A DNA stretch of 64,000 bases. It comes from an uncultured delta proteobacterium (GTDB lineage Bacteria; Desulfobacterota; RBG-13-43-22). Numbering within the stretch: position 1 is the first letter of the stretch; every line of letters begins with the position of its first letter. Location of the stretch: NCBI GenBank assembly GCA_963711835.1, contig CAVQFQ010000004.1, forward strand, positions 416,001 through 480,000, written 5' to 3'. The notes under the pieces are model-generated. The model was not told where the DNA came from and searched no databases. It worked only from the letters and a program-made list of their open reading frames with translations. A program made the position numbers and the translations under genes. Below are positions 45,538-54,881 of the stretch, piece after piece.

Positions 45538-46014
45538 ATGAAGATCGGCGTAATCTCCGATACCCACTTGGCCCGGGTCACCCCCTGGTTGGAACAGCTT
45601 ATGGCGACTTATTTTAAGGAGGTGGATCTGGTCCTTCATGCCGGGGATATGGTCGGATTGGAGGTCTATCAATTTCTAAAGGCCTGGAAGGTGGTGGCGG
45701 TCCAGGGGAATATGGATGGACCCTCTCTGCGGGAACTCCTTCCCCGAAAGAAGGTCCTCTCTCTGGGCGCTTTCCGAATCGGATTGATCCACGGCTGGGG
45801 TTCTGCCTGGGGATTGGAAGGCCGGCTTCGTCCTGAATTTTCCGGAGTTGATTGTCTGGTCTATGGCCATTCCCATACGGCCGCCAACCACCGGGAAGAA
45901 GGGCTTCTGTTTTTCAACCCGGGCTCCGCTGCCGAAGCCGGCCTGCGCAGCCGTTCCTCGGTGGGTCTTATGCACCTGAATGACCGCCTGACCGGAGAAA
46001 TTATACAACTTTAA
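45538..46014 (+). CDS. YfcE/MJ0936 family metallophosphoesterase
   Basis: SDTH, HAGD, GNMD, GHSH and NPGS. Confidence 0.92.
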   Translation: MKIGVISDTHLARVTPWLEQLMATYFKEVDLVLHAGDMVGLEVYQFLKAWKVVAVQGNMDGPSLRELLPRKKVLSLGAFRIGLIHGWGSAWGLEGRLRPEFSGVDCLVYGHSHTAANHREEGLLFFNPGSAAEAGLRSRSSVGLMHLNDRLTGEIIQL

Positions 46015-46032
46015 GAGGAAAGCGAGAAGAGC

Positions 46033-46533
46033 ATGAAGGTCTTATGGGCCCCCTGGCGTATGGAATATATCTCCAATAATACTAAAGAAAACGGCTGTAT
46101 CTTTTGCCCGGGACAGAAAGGGAGCTTAAGGGAAAGGCAGATCCTTTATCTGGGGAAACATTCCCTAGCCATGATGAACAAGTATCCTTACATCAACGGG
46201 CATCTCCTGGTGGCCCCTACCCGCCATGTCCCGGCTCTGGATCAACTGCGGCCGCCCGAGATCGTAGCGCTGATGAGCCTGGTCAACCATTCCCTTCATA
46301 TCCTTAAGAAGGCCATGAAAGCCGAAGGGTTTAATGTGGGTCTGAATCTAGGAAAAGTGGCCGGGGCCGGGGTGGAAGAGCATCTTCATTTTCATATTGT
46401 TCCCCGCTGGAACGGCGATACCAATTTCATGACCGTTTTTGGAGACGTTCGGGTCATTCCCGAGCATCTGGAAGAGACCTACTCCCGATTATCCCGGCTG
46501 TTCAAAATTGTGAAGGAGAACGATGATGCGTAA
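46033..46533 (+). CDS. HIT family nucleotide hydrolase
   Basis: LWAPWR, CIFC and HLHFHIVPRW. Confidence 0.92.
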   Translation: MKVLWAPWRMEYISNNTKENGCIFCPGQKGSLRERQILYLGKHSLAMMNKYPYINGHLLVAPTRHVPALDQLRPPEIVALMSLVNHSLHILKKAMKAEGFNVGLNLGKVAGAGVEEHLHFHIVPRWNGDTNFMTVFGDVRVIPEHLEETYSRLSRLFKIVKENDDA

Positions 46534-46888
46534 TCTCAAACTATTCTTTTATGGTCTGCTCATCCTGCTCTTTATAATCTTTCTGCTCCAGAATTATTCC
46601 ACCCTGACCTCCAGCCATTCCCTGCGGCTGAATCTCGGCGTTTTGCTGCTTGAATCAGTGCCCCTGCCCTTCTACTTGGTCGTTGTCCTGACCTTTTTCT
46701 CCGGCCTTTTTTTAGCCGCCCTGATGGGCGTTTTTGATCGCCGCCGGCTGACCAAAGCGTTGAAAGAGGCCCGGAACCTCAACCTGGAGTTGGAAAAGAA
46801 ACTGAAGTCCCAGACTCCTCCACGGGAAGCCCTACCTGCGAAATCGGATAGCCCCGGTTTGTCCGGGCGGGGAAAAGGGACGGGATGA
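46523..46888 (+). CDS. LapA family membrane protein
   Basis: TM-QN-loop-TM-coiled-coil layout. Confidence 0.65.
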   Translation: MMRNLKLFFYGLLILLFIIFLLQNYSTLTSSHSLRLNLGVLLLESVPLPFYLVVVLTFFSGLFLAALMGVFDRRRLTKALKEARNLNLELEKKLKSQTPPREALPAKSDSPGLSGRGKGTG

Positions 46889-47032
46889 TTCTTCCCCTCT
46901 TCAGGAAGATCCTTCCTTTCAACACCAGGAACCCCTTGGATTCGAAACCCGCTTCCTATGTCTTTCAGCGTTGCGGAAGCCCTTCCGGCCCTCGGAAAAA
47001 GGCCCTGAAACGATAAAGGTCATTCCCCCGGT

Positions 47033-49654
47033 ATGTCGAAAATCACCCCGATGTTGGAGCAGTACCTGGAGATCAAAGAAAAATACCGGGATTTTATCCT
47101 TTTTTACCAGTTGGGTGATTTCTTTGAAATGTTTTTTGAGGATGCCCTGCTGGCTTCCCGTCTCCTGGAAATTACCCTGACCTCCAGAAACAGAGGGGAA
47201 GCGGACCGAGTTCCCATGTGCGGGGTGCCGGTGCAGGCCGCTTCCGGGTATGTGGCCCGGCTGGTTGAAAAGGGGTACAAGGTAGCCTTGTGCGAGCAGG
47301 TGGAGGATCCCTCCCAGGCGAAAGGGATCGTGCGACGGGAAGTTACCCGGCTGGTTACCCCGGGCCTCTTTATCGACGAAGCCCAGGGTCAAACCAACCG
47401 CTACCTGGCCTGTCTCTCCTTCCGGGATAGCCTCTTCGGACTTGCCTCCCTGGATCTTTCCACCGGGACATTCCGGGTCACGGAATTAACTGAAATGGAG
47501 AAGGCCTTTGAAGAGGTGGGCCGCATCGCCCCTCCGGAGATCCTCCTTTCCAGGTCTGTTAAGGATGATCCCGCTGCCCAAGAATTCATGAATCGGCTTT
47601 CGCCGTATTTCCTGACCTTCCAGGACGAGGGATCCTTCGATCTTGCCCGGGCCCAGGACCTTCTCGAAAAGCATTTCCAGGTCCATTCCCTGGCCGGGTT
47701 TGGGGCTGAGACCCTGACCGAGGGCATCCGGGCCGCCGGAGCCCTGCTTTTTTATTTGAGGGAAACCCAGCCAGGAGACTTAATCCATATTCAGCCGCTC
47801 CAGGTCTATCACCTGTCTCATTTTATGGTCTTGTCTGAAACAACCCAGCGGCATCTGGAGCTCTTCCAAACCTTGTACCGGGGGAAACGGCAAGGGTCCT
47901 TGATTTCCGTCCTGGATCTGACCCTGACCGCCATGGGCAGCCGGAGGTTGAAGCACTGGCTTCAATATCCCTTGCTGGAGCGGGAAGAGATTCAGGAACG
48001 GCTGGATCGGGTGGAGGCTTTGGTGGACGACCCATCCCTGCGCCAGGATCTCCGGAGCCGCCTCAGGGGAATCTATGACATCGAACGATTGGTCGCCAAG
48101 GCCTGCCTGAACCAGGCCAATCCCCGGGATCTGGTGGCTTTAAAGAATTCTTTACAGCAGCTCCCGTGGGTCGCTCAGGCCCTTCAGAAAAGCCTCCATC
48201 CCCGACTGCAGGAATTAGGTTCGGGACTGGATCTGCTCTCGGATGTGGCTCTTCTCATTTCCCAGGCCTTGCTGGATGAGCCTTCCCTGGTCCTGAAGGA
48301 TAAGGAGGCCAGGGTAATCCGTCCCGGCTACCATACCGTCCTGGATAACTATTTAATGGCCGGTTCGGAAGGAAAACAATGGATTGCCGCCCTGGAAACA
48401 AAGGAGAAAAAAAGGACCGGCATCTCCTCTTTAAAAGTCGGCTATAACCGGGTCTTCGGTTATTATCTTGAAGTCTCCCGGGCCAACCTTCATCTGATAC
48501 CCGATGATTATCAAAGGAAGCAGACCCTGACCAACGGGGAACGGTTTTTGACGCCCGAGCTTAAGGAAAAAGAAATCCAGGTCCTGGAGGCCGAAGAAAA
48601 ACGTTGGCAGATGGAGAGGCAGCTTTTTCAGGAGGTCCGGGAAAAGGTAGCTCAGGAAAGCAGCCGTTTGCAGAAGACGGCTCAAATCATAGCCGATCTG
48701 GATTGCCTCAGCGCCCTGGCTCAAGTCGCCCAGGAAAACCGCTATTGCAAACCGGTCCTCCGGGATGGAGAAACAATAGCGCTAACAGAAAGCCGCCATC
48801 CGGTAATAGAAAAAAACCTTCCGGCCAACCGTTTCGTTCCCAATTCGATTGTCCTTACCAATGACGAAGAGCAGATGATCATTATTACCGGGCCTAATAT
48901 GGCCGGAAAATCCACCTTCCTGCGCCAGGTGGCCCTGGCCGTTCTTTTGGCTCAAATAGGCTCTTTTGTTCCGGCCCAGGCAGCCGAACTGGGCTTGGTG
49001 GACCGGATCTTTACCCGGGTGGGGGCCTCCGACGACCTGTCCTCAGGGCAAAGCACCTTCATGGTCGAGATGCAGGAGACGGCTCAAATCCTCCATCAGG
49101 CTACCAGCAGGAGCCTGGTCCTGCTCGATGAGATAGGACGGGGAACCAGCACCTTCGACGGCTTAAGTATCGCCTGGGCGGTGGCCGAATACCTCCATGA
49201 CTTGAAAGGCCGGGGAGTCAAGACCCTCTTCGCCACCCACTATCACGAATTGACCGACTTGACCAGAACCAAAAAAAAGGTTAAGAATGTTCATGTGGCG
49301 GTCAAGGAGTTTAACCAGCAGATCATCTTTTTGCGCAAATTGCAGGAAGGGGGAACCAGCCGCAGTTATGGGATCCAGGTGGCCAAGCTGGCCGGCCTTC
49401 CAATGACGGTTATCGAGAGGGCCCGGGAAGTTTTGGAAAATATCGAAAAAGGAGAGTTTGATTTTTTGGGGCAGCCGGCCCTGTCTCATTCCGCGGCCCC
49501 AAGACAGGGGGAATGGTCCGCTCAGATGGACCTTTTTTCGAAAGCCGAAGGTCCGGTCCAGGAACGGTTGAGAAACCTTTCCCTTGATGAAATGACTCCA
49601 CTGCAGGCCTTGATAACTTTGAAAGAATTAAAAGATCTCCTTGAACATGGATAG
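47033..49654 (+). CDS. mutS: DNA mismatch repair protein MutS
   Basis: TPMLEQY, GDFFEMF, GPNMAGKST, STFMVEM, DEIGRGT and SYGIQVA. Confidence 0.97.
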   Translation: MSKITPMLEQYLEIKEKYRDFILFYQLGDFFEMFFEDALLASRLLEITLTSRNRGEADRVPMCGVPVQAASGYVARLVEKGYKVALCEQVEDPSQAKGIVRREVTRLVTPGLFIDEAQGQTNRYLACLSFRDSLFGLASLDLSTGTFRVTELTEMEKAFEEVGRIAPPEILLSRSVKDDPAAQEFMNRLSPYFLTFQDEGSFDLARAQDLLEKHFQVHSLAGFGAETLTEGIRAAGALLFYLRETQPGDLIHIQPLQVYHLSHFMVLSETTQRHLELFQTLYRGKRQGSLISVLDLTLTAMGSRRLKHWLQYPLLEREEIQERLDRVEALVDDPSLRQDLRSRLRGIYDIERLVAKACLNQANPRDLVALKNSLQQLPWVAQALQKSLHPRLQELGSGLDLLSDVALLISQALLDEPSLVLKDKEARVIRPGYHTVLDNYLMAGSEGKQWIAALETKEKKRTGISSLKVGYNRVFGYYLEVSRANLHLIPDDYQRKQTLTNGERFLTPELKEKEIQVLEAEEKRWQMERQLFQEVREKVAQESSRLQKTAQIIADLDCLSALAQVAQENRYCKPVLRDGETIALTESRHPVIEKNLPANRFVPNSIVLTNDEEQMIIITGPNMAGKSTFLRQVALAVLLAQIGSFVPAQAAELGLVDRIFTRVGASDDLSSGQSTFMVEMQETAQILHQATSRSLVLLDEIGRGTSTFDGLSIAWAVAEYLHDLKGRGVKTLFATHYHELTDLTRTKKKVKNVHVAVKEFNQQIIFLRKLQEGGTSRSYGIQVAKLAGLPMTVIERAREVLENIEKGEFDFLGQPALSHSAAPRQGEWSAQMDLFSKAEGPVQERLRNLSLDEMTPLQALITLKELKDLLEHG

Positions 49655-51431
49655 ATTGCATTATCAGCGACTACTTCCAATCCTCTGCGCAGGTCTGATA
49701 GGGATCCTTCTGGCCTTCGCTTCCTTTGGCCGGCCGGCCTGGTCCGCTCTGACCGACCAGGAATTGGAGGAACGCTACACCCAGGCCAGGCAGGCCTTTT
49801 CCGCTCTGGAGAAATCTCCCCAAAAAAAATTTCGCCACCACTGGCAGCCCCTGATCGATCAATTCCAGGAGATCTACAAGCAGTCTCCCCAGACCCCCTG
49901 GGGAGAAAGGTCCATGTTCATGGTCGGGCGGATTTATTACCGTCTTCATCAGTGGTCCGGCCTGGAATCCGATCTGGACCTGTCTCTGGACCATCTGACG
50001 CGGTTTGTGAACCATTATCCCCAGAGTTCCCTGGCCGATGACGCCCTTTTCATGAGCGCCGAAATAACCTTTCAGCAGAAAAAAAACCCCGAAAAGGCCC
50101 GCCAGTTACTTCAGTCGCTGATTACAACCTATCCTCAGGCAGATATGAGAAAAAAGGCCGAGGAGCTTTTGGCCCAGGTGGACAAGGGCACCTCCTTGAA
50201 AGAGACCCCCAAATCCGTACCGTTGGAAAACCTTTACTTCGAGGAGACCAGTAAAGAAACTTCCGAGCCGGAGGCCGGTCCAAAATATCCCCAGATAACC
50301 GGCCTGCGGCATTGGTCCACCCCGCAGTATACCCGGGTGGCCGTTGATGTAGCGGAAAAAATCTCCTTTCGGCACCGATTGCTTAAAAAAGATCCAACCA
50401 TTGAAAAACCCGAGAGGCTTTATCTGGACCTCTATCCGGCCCGGCTGGTCAAAGGACAGATTTCTCCCTTGACTATTGATGACGGTCTGCTTCGAGGCGC
50501 CAGGATCGGCCAGTATGACGCCTCCACCGTCCGTCTGGTTTTGGATATAGAAAGCATTAAGGGCTACAAGATCTTTTTCCTGGAAAACCCCTTTCGCCTG
50601 ATTGTGGATGTGACCGGGAAAGAGAAGGCGGCCGCCGTCCGCCCTCCGGACCCGACCGTCAAAGACCAGAAGTTGTCCCTGGCCCAGCAACTGGGCCTGG
50701 GCGTTCGGCGGGTGGTTATTGATCCGGGACACGGAGGCAAGGACAAGGGCGCCAGCGGCCATAACGGAAACCTGTATGAAAAAGATCTGGTCTTGAAGAT
50801 CGCCAAAAAGCTGTCCCAGCGGCTGCACCAGGAACTCAAGCTGCAGACCTTTTTGACCCGGGATACGGACCGTTTCATCCCGCTGGAGGAAAGGACGGCC
50901 ATTGCCAACACCAAGAATGCCGACCTCTTTGTCTCCATCCATGTCAATGCCAGTCCCAACCCCCTGGCCGAGGGCATAGAAACGTACTTCCTGAACCTGA
51001 CCTCCGATGAAGAATCCATCCGGGTAGCGGCTCTGGAAAACGCCACCTCCAACAAACGGATCGGGGAACTGCAAAAAATCCTCAAAGACCTGATGTTGAA
51101 CACCAAGATCGACGAGTCTTGCCGTCTGGCCAACCACGTCCAGCAGAACCTGATCCTCTGTTTAAACGAAAAATTCGGGCCGGTGAAAAATCTGGGGGTC
51201 AAGCAGGCCCCTTTCTATGTCTTGATCGGTGCCCAGATGCCCGCGGTGCTGGTCGAAGCCTCCTTTATCTCCAATCCTAAGGAAAGCGAACGGCTGATGC
51301 AGGATGACTATATTGAGCAGGTTGTCGATGGGATTATGAAAGGGCTCGATAGTTATATCAGGGAATCCAAGTCGGCCGGAATTAGGGAAAGTCCCGGATC
51401 CCGCAAGCCTCCTTTTCTTTCAAAAAAATAA
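49641..51431 (+). CDS. N-acetylmuramoyl-L-alanine amidase with TPR and AMIN domains
   Basis: IDPGHGGKD, SIHVNA and PAVLVEASFISN. Confidence 0.92.
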   Translation: MNMDRLHYQRLLPILCAGLIGILLAFASFGRPAWSALTDQELEERYTQARQAFSALEKSPQKKFRHHWQPLIDQFQEIYKQSPQTPWGERSMFMVGRIYYRLHQWSGLESDLDLSLDHLTRFVNHYPQSSLADDALFMSAEITFQQKKNPEKARQLLQSLITTYPQADMRKKAEELLAQVDKGTSLKETPKSVPLENLYFEETSKETSEPEAGPKYPQITGLRHWSTPQYTRVAVDVAEKISFRHRLLKKDPTIEKPERLYLDLYPARLVKGQISPLTIDDGLLRGARIGQYDASTVRLVLDIESIKGYKIFFLENPFRLIVDVTGKEKAAAVRPPDPTVKDQKLSLAQQLGLGVRRVVIDPGHGGKDKGASGHNGNLYEKDLVLKIAKKLSQRLHQELKLQTFLTRDTDRFIPLEERTAIANTKNADLFVSIHVNASPNPLAEGIETYFLNLTSDEESIRVAALENATSNKRIGELQKILKDLMLNTKIDESCRLANHVQQNLILCLNEKFGPVKNLGVKQAPFYVLIGAQMPAVLVEASFISNPKESERLMQDDYIEQVVDGIMKGLDSYIRESKSAGIRESPGSRKPPFLSKK

Positions 51432-51452
51432 AAAACGGCCCTCAGGCAGGCC

Positions 51453-53387
51453 TTAATGTCTGGGGCAGAATTCGGTCGGCTCCGTGCCGCTGACATAGAC
51501 CTCTTCCTTGGTGACCGGACAATTGGGGTTTGCCAGCAGGCCGCTCCTGGGATCAATCAGGGCCGTCACCACCCCTTCGGGGCGGGTAAAATCCATAATC
51601 GGTTTATCCTCCAAGGCGGCTTTCATGAACCGCGCCCAGATAGGGGCGCAGATGGCCCCTCCGGTAAATCCCTTTCCGCCGGGCCTCGGCTTATCGTATC
51701 CCACCCAAACCCCGGTGATCAACTGAGGCGTATAGCCGATAAACCAGGTGTCCCGGTAATCGTCGGTGGTACCGGTCTTGCCGGCCGACGGTCGCTCCTG
51801 GGCAAATTTGGAAATCCCTTTAGCAGTCCCGTAGATCAGGACATCCTTCAGCATCTGGGTCATGACATAGGCCGTGGCCGGGGGTATGGCCGGATTAACA
51901 ACTGTTGGGTTTTCAGTCCAGATTTGCCGGGTGCGGTCGAAGAATCGCACCCAGGTCCTGGGTTCCGGACGCTGGCCCTGATTGGCCAGGGGCATATAAG
52001 CCGCTACCAGCTCGCTCAGGGAAACCTCCTCGGTCCCTAAGGCCAAAGACAGGTCATTGGGAGAGCGAAAAGAGATCCCCATGAGGCCGGCGTAATTGAG
52101 AAAATAAGGGATACCCATTTCATCGAGCAATTTGACGGTAATGATGTTGTTGGAGTAGGCCAGGGCCTGACGGAGACTGACTTGCCCATAGTGTTTCCGT
52201 TCGTAATTCAGGGGGGTCCATTTTTCACCGCCCCCTTTATTATAGGAAACCGGCGTGTCCTCTTTAATGGACCCGGCGGTAAAACCCAGGTCCAGGGCTG
52301 CGGCGTAAATCAAGGGCTTAATGGCCGAACCGGGCTGGCGTTTGGCATAAAAGGCCCGGTTGTAGGGACTTTGCTTAAAATCGACTCCTCCCACTACGGC
52401 CAAAACATCTCCGGTAGAGGGATCGAGGCAGATTAAGGCCCCCTGCAACCCGGAATTGATCCGGGATACGCCTTCCCGCAAGACCTGTTCGGCCAGTTTC
52501 TGAAGGCCCAGGTCGATAGGGATGGTGACTTCCAACCCCCCCTGCTCCAGGGCCTCCGGGCCGACAAGTTCCAACAGCTTGTTGCGGATATGCGCCAGAT
52601 AATAGGGCGCTTCCCCCGGCCTGATCACCGAAACAGGGCTGGCCAGGCCTTTTTCTCCCCTCTGGGGAGGAATCATCTTCAACTCGACCATCCGGCGCAG
52701 GACCAGATTTCTCCTCCCCAGGACCTGGGAAGATTTCCCGAAAGGATTATAGCGGGCCGGGGCCTTGGGAATGGCAGCCAGCAGGGCACATTCCGGCTCG
52801 CTCAAGTCCTCCGGATTTTTATCAAAGTACAGGTGGGCGGCCTGAGCGATCCCCCAGGCCCCATTACCGAAATAGACCTCATTGAAATACATTTCCAGGA
52901 TCTGGCGTTTGGTGTACTTCCGTTCGTACTCCATGGCCAAGAAACCTTCTTTAACCTTCCGTTGCAGGGTCTTTTCACCGGAAAGATATTTGTTTTTGAT
53001 CAGTTGCTGGGTGATCGTTGAACCGCCCTCGGCCATTTTCCCTTTAATCACATCCTTGACCAAGGCCCGGGCGATCCCCCTCAGATCAATGCCTTTATGG
53101 TCGAAAAAGCGGGCATCCTCAATGGCCACCAGGGCATTCTGAAGAAAAACCGGTATCCGTTCAATGGGAACCCAGTATCGTTTTTCCGGCAGGATCCGAC
53201 CCACAAAACGGGCTTGGAGGTCGAAAACCTTGATCGAACTGTAGCGCGGAGGCAGGGCAGGAAAAGGGGCCGATTTTTCCTGGGCCCAGGAAGCCTCGGT
53301 TAGACCAAAAACCAGAGAGCAGGCCAAGACCCAGGTCAGAGCCCCACGGGTATAAGAAAATTTCATTTTTTGTTTCAGTTTTTTCAT
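51453..53387 (-). CDS. Class A penicillin-binding protein (PBP1A family)
   Basis: EDARFFDH, GGSTITQQ, SAIK, SNN and KTG. Confidence 0.93.
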   Translation of the reverse strand: MKKLKQKMKFSYTRGALTWVLACSLVFGLTEASWAQEKSAPFPALPPRYSSIKVFDLQARFVGRILPEKRYWVPIERIPVFLQNALVAIEDARFFDHKGIDLRGIARALVKDVIKGKMAEGGSTITQQLIKNKYLSGEKTLQRKVKEGFLAMEYERKYTKRQILEMYFNEVYFGNGAWGIAQAAHLYFDKNPEDLSEPECALLAAIPKAPARYNPFGKSSQVLGRRNLVLRRMVELKMIPPQRGEKGLASPVSVIRPGEAPYYLAHIRNKLLELVGPEALEQGGLEVTIPIDLGLQKLAEQVLREGVSRINSGLQGALICLDPSTGDVLAVVGGVDFKQSPYNRAFYAKRQPGSAIKPLIYAAALDLGFTAGSIKEDTPVSYNKGGGEKWTPLNYERKHYGQVSLRQALAYSNNIITVKLLDEMGIPYFLNYAGLMGISFRSPNDLSLALGTEEVSLSELVAAYMPLANQGQRPEPRTWVRFFDRTRQIWTENPTVVNPAIPPATAYVMTQMLKDVLIYGTAKGISKFAQERPSAGKTGTTDDYRDTWFIGYTPQLITGVWVGYDKPRPGGKGFTGGAICAPIWARFMKAALEDKPIMDFTRPEGVVTALIDPRSGLLANPNCPVTKEEVYVSGTEPTEFCPRH

Positions 53388-53581
53388 ATCCTGTTCAACT
53401 TAATCTGCAAATTAAAACAGACCGTTTTAATTCAGAAAGACCCTTTATGGATCAATTTTTATACCACATCAAGACTCATTATATCCGATAGACGGACGGC
53501 TTCAAGGATTTTTTCCTCCTTTTCCTAACCCCCTAACTACGTAATGCAATATTTCAAAAAACCTTTTTAAGAGAAATCTCC

Positions 53582-53610
53582 TTGACAAAATTTAAAAAAT
53601 GGATGATAGT
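53582..53610 (+). promoter_or_regulatory. Sigma70 promoter of the tRNA operon
   Basis: TTGACA-N17-GATAGT. Confidence 0.6.
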
Positions 53611-53625
53611 ACGATTTTTTAAAAT

Positions 53626-53701
53626 GGGCCGTTAACTCAGGAGGTAGAGTATCTGCCTTTTAAGCAGAGAGTCGCTGGTTCGAGTCCAGCACGGCCCACC
53701 A
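53626..53701 (+). tRNA. tRNA-Lys(TTT)
   Basis: Cloverleaf; TCTGC-CT-TTT-AA-GCAGA anticodon arm; GTTCGA; CCA. Confidence 0.96.
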
Positions 53702-53708
53702 CCCATGT

Positions 53709-53786
53709 GTCCCCATCGTCTAGCCTGGCCCAGGACACCGGCCTTTCACGCCGGCAACACGGGTTCAAATCCCGTTGGGGACGCCA
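53709..53786 (+). tRNA. tRNA-Glu(TTC)
   Basis: Cloverleaf; CCGGC-CT-TTC-AC-GCCGG; GTTCAA; CCA. Confidence 0.96.
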
Positions 53787-53799
53787 ATGAAATTCACCG

Positions 53800-53827
53800 G
53801 GTCAGCCGAATGGGCTGACTTTTTTTT
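53800..53827 (+). terminator. Intrinsic terminator
   Basis: GTCAGCC-GAATG-GGCTGAC followed by a T run. Confidence 0.85.
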
Positions 53828-53960
53828 ACACGATTCGGAAGTTTTACTATTTTCATACCCCGTTACTCATGATATAGAAACGCCAAGACCGCAGGGCCGG
53901 GCCGGACACAGGCCGCCAAAAGAGGCGGCCTTTTTAAGAATAAATGGAATCATCCTTTTT

Positions 53961-54734
53961 ATGGGGTCTACCGCTGATATTTTTCCGAACCGCCTTTTCC
54001 CAAGAAATGGAAGCCCCCTCTTGAGGCGGCTTTTTATTCGGCCCTCGCTTTTGCTTTTGGGCCTTCTTCTCTTTTTTCCAGGAATCGCCCAAACACAGAC
54101 CGAACCTCTTAAGCAGCCTAAATCGACCAGACCCTGGAGTGTCCTGATCCATGCCCAATATTGCTGGCCTTACCAATATGTTTCCGAAATCCTCTATGAA
54201 AATTTTCGGATGACCGGTCTCGGCCTTTCCCTGGAAAAAGAATGCGGTCTCTGGCCTTTTTTCAACAATAAAAAGCTGGTCGAATCTCTGCTCTTTGAAT
54301 TCCGGTTTTCCCGGATCTGGGGCAAAGACATTGAATTGGTCCGGGATCAGGTTTCCCCGGAAACCTGGGAAAAGGCGCAACGGGAAGGCCATCGTCCCCG
54401 GACAAATTGGGACCAATATCAGATCGGCCTGACCCCTTATTACCGCCTCTATTATCCCCTGTCGGATCAGATACGCATCTATGGTGAGATCGGTTTGGGA
54501 TTTACCTTCCTCACTGAACCGCTGATTGAGGAGGGCACCCAGTGGAATTTCCTCATGACCGGAGGATTGGGTTTAGATTGGAAGATAGAAAAAATCCCCC
54601 TTTATTCCTTTGTCCGCTTTGAACATTTCAGCAACGGCGGCAAGCTCTGGAGAGAAGGGTTTACCGATAAACGGGTGATCGGACCGGAGACGATCGTCTT
54701 CGGAGTTGGGATGCGCTTTCCTTTGAAATGGTAA
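53961..54734 (+). CDS. PagL-like lipid A deacylase / acyloxyacyl hydrolase family outer-membrane protein
   Basis: GTQWNF and RFEHFSNG (H-x-S-N); start uncertain. Confidence 0.65.
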   Translation: MGSTADIFPNRLFPRNGSPLLRRLFIRPSLLLLGLLLFFPGIAQTQTEPLKQPKSTRPWSVLIHAQYCWPYQYVSEILYENFRMTGLGLSLEKECGLWPFFNNKKLVESLLFEFRFSRIWGKDIELVRDQVSPETWEKAQREGHRPRTNWDQYQIGLTPYYRLYYPLSDQIRIYGEIGLGFTFLTEPLIEEGTQWNFLMTGGLGLDWKIEKIPLYSFVRFEHFSNGGKLWREGFTDKRVIGPETIVFGVGMRFPLKW

Positions 54735-54738
54735 TTGA

Positions 54739-54866
54739 TAAATCCGAAGCACGAAACCCGAAACAAGCACGAATTTATAAAATCCAAATGTTCGAAACAA
54801 AAGGTTTTGAGTTTTGATATTTGGGCATTTGGATTTGTTTCGGATTTCGAATTTGAAACTTTAAAA
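54739..54866. repeat. Inverted short-unit repeat tract between convergent genes
   Basis: AAATCCGAAGCACGAAACCCGAAACAA... versus ...TTGTTTCGGATTTCGAATTT. Confidence 0.65.
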
Positions 54867-54881
54867 ATCAAAGATCTTGCG

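Noticed and set aside
53626-54870. Integrative element at tRNA-Lys/Glu
   Set aside because: No integrase and no duplicated tRNA 3' end seen
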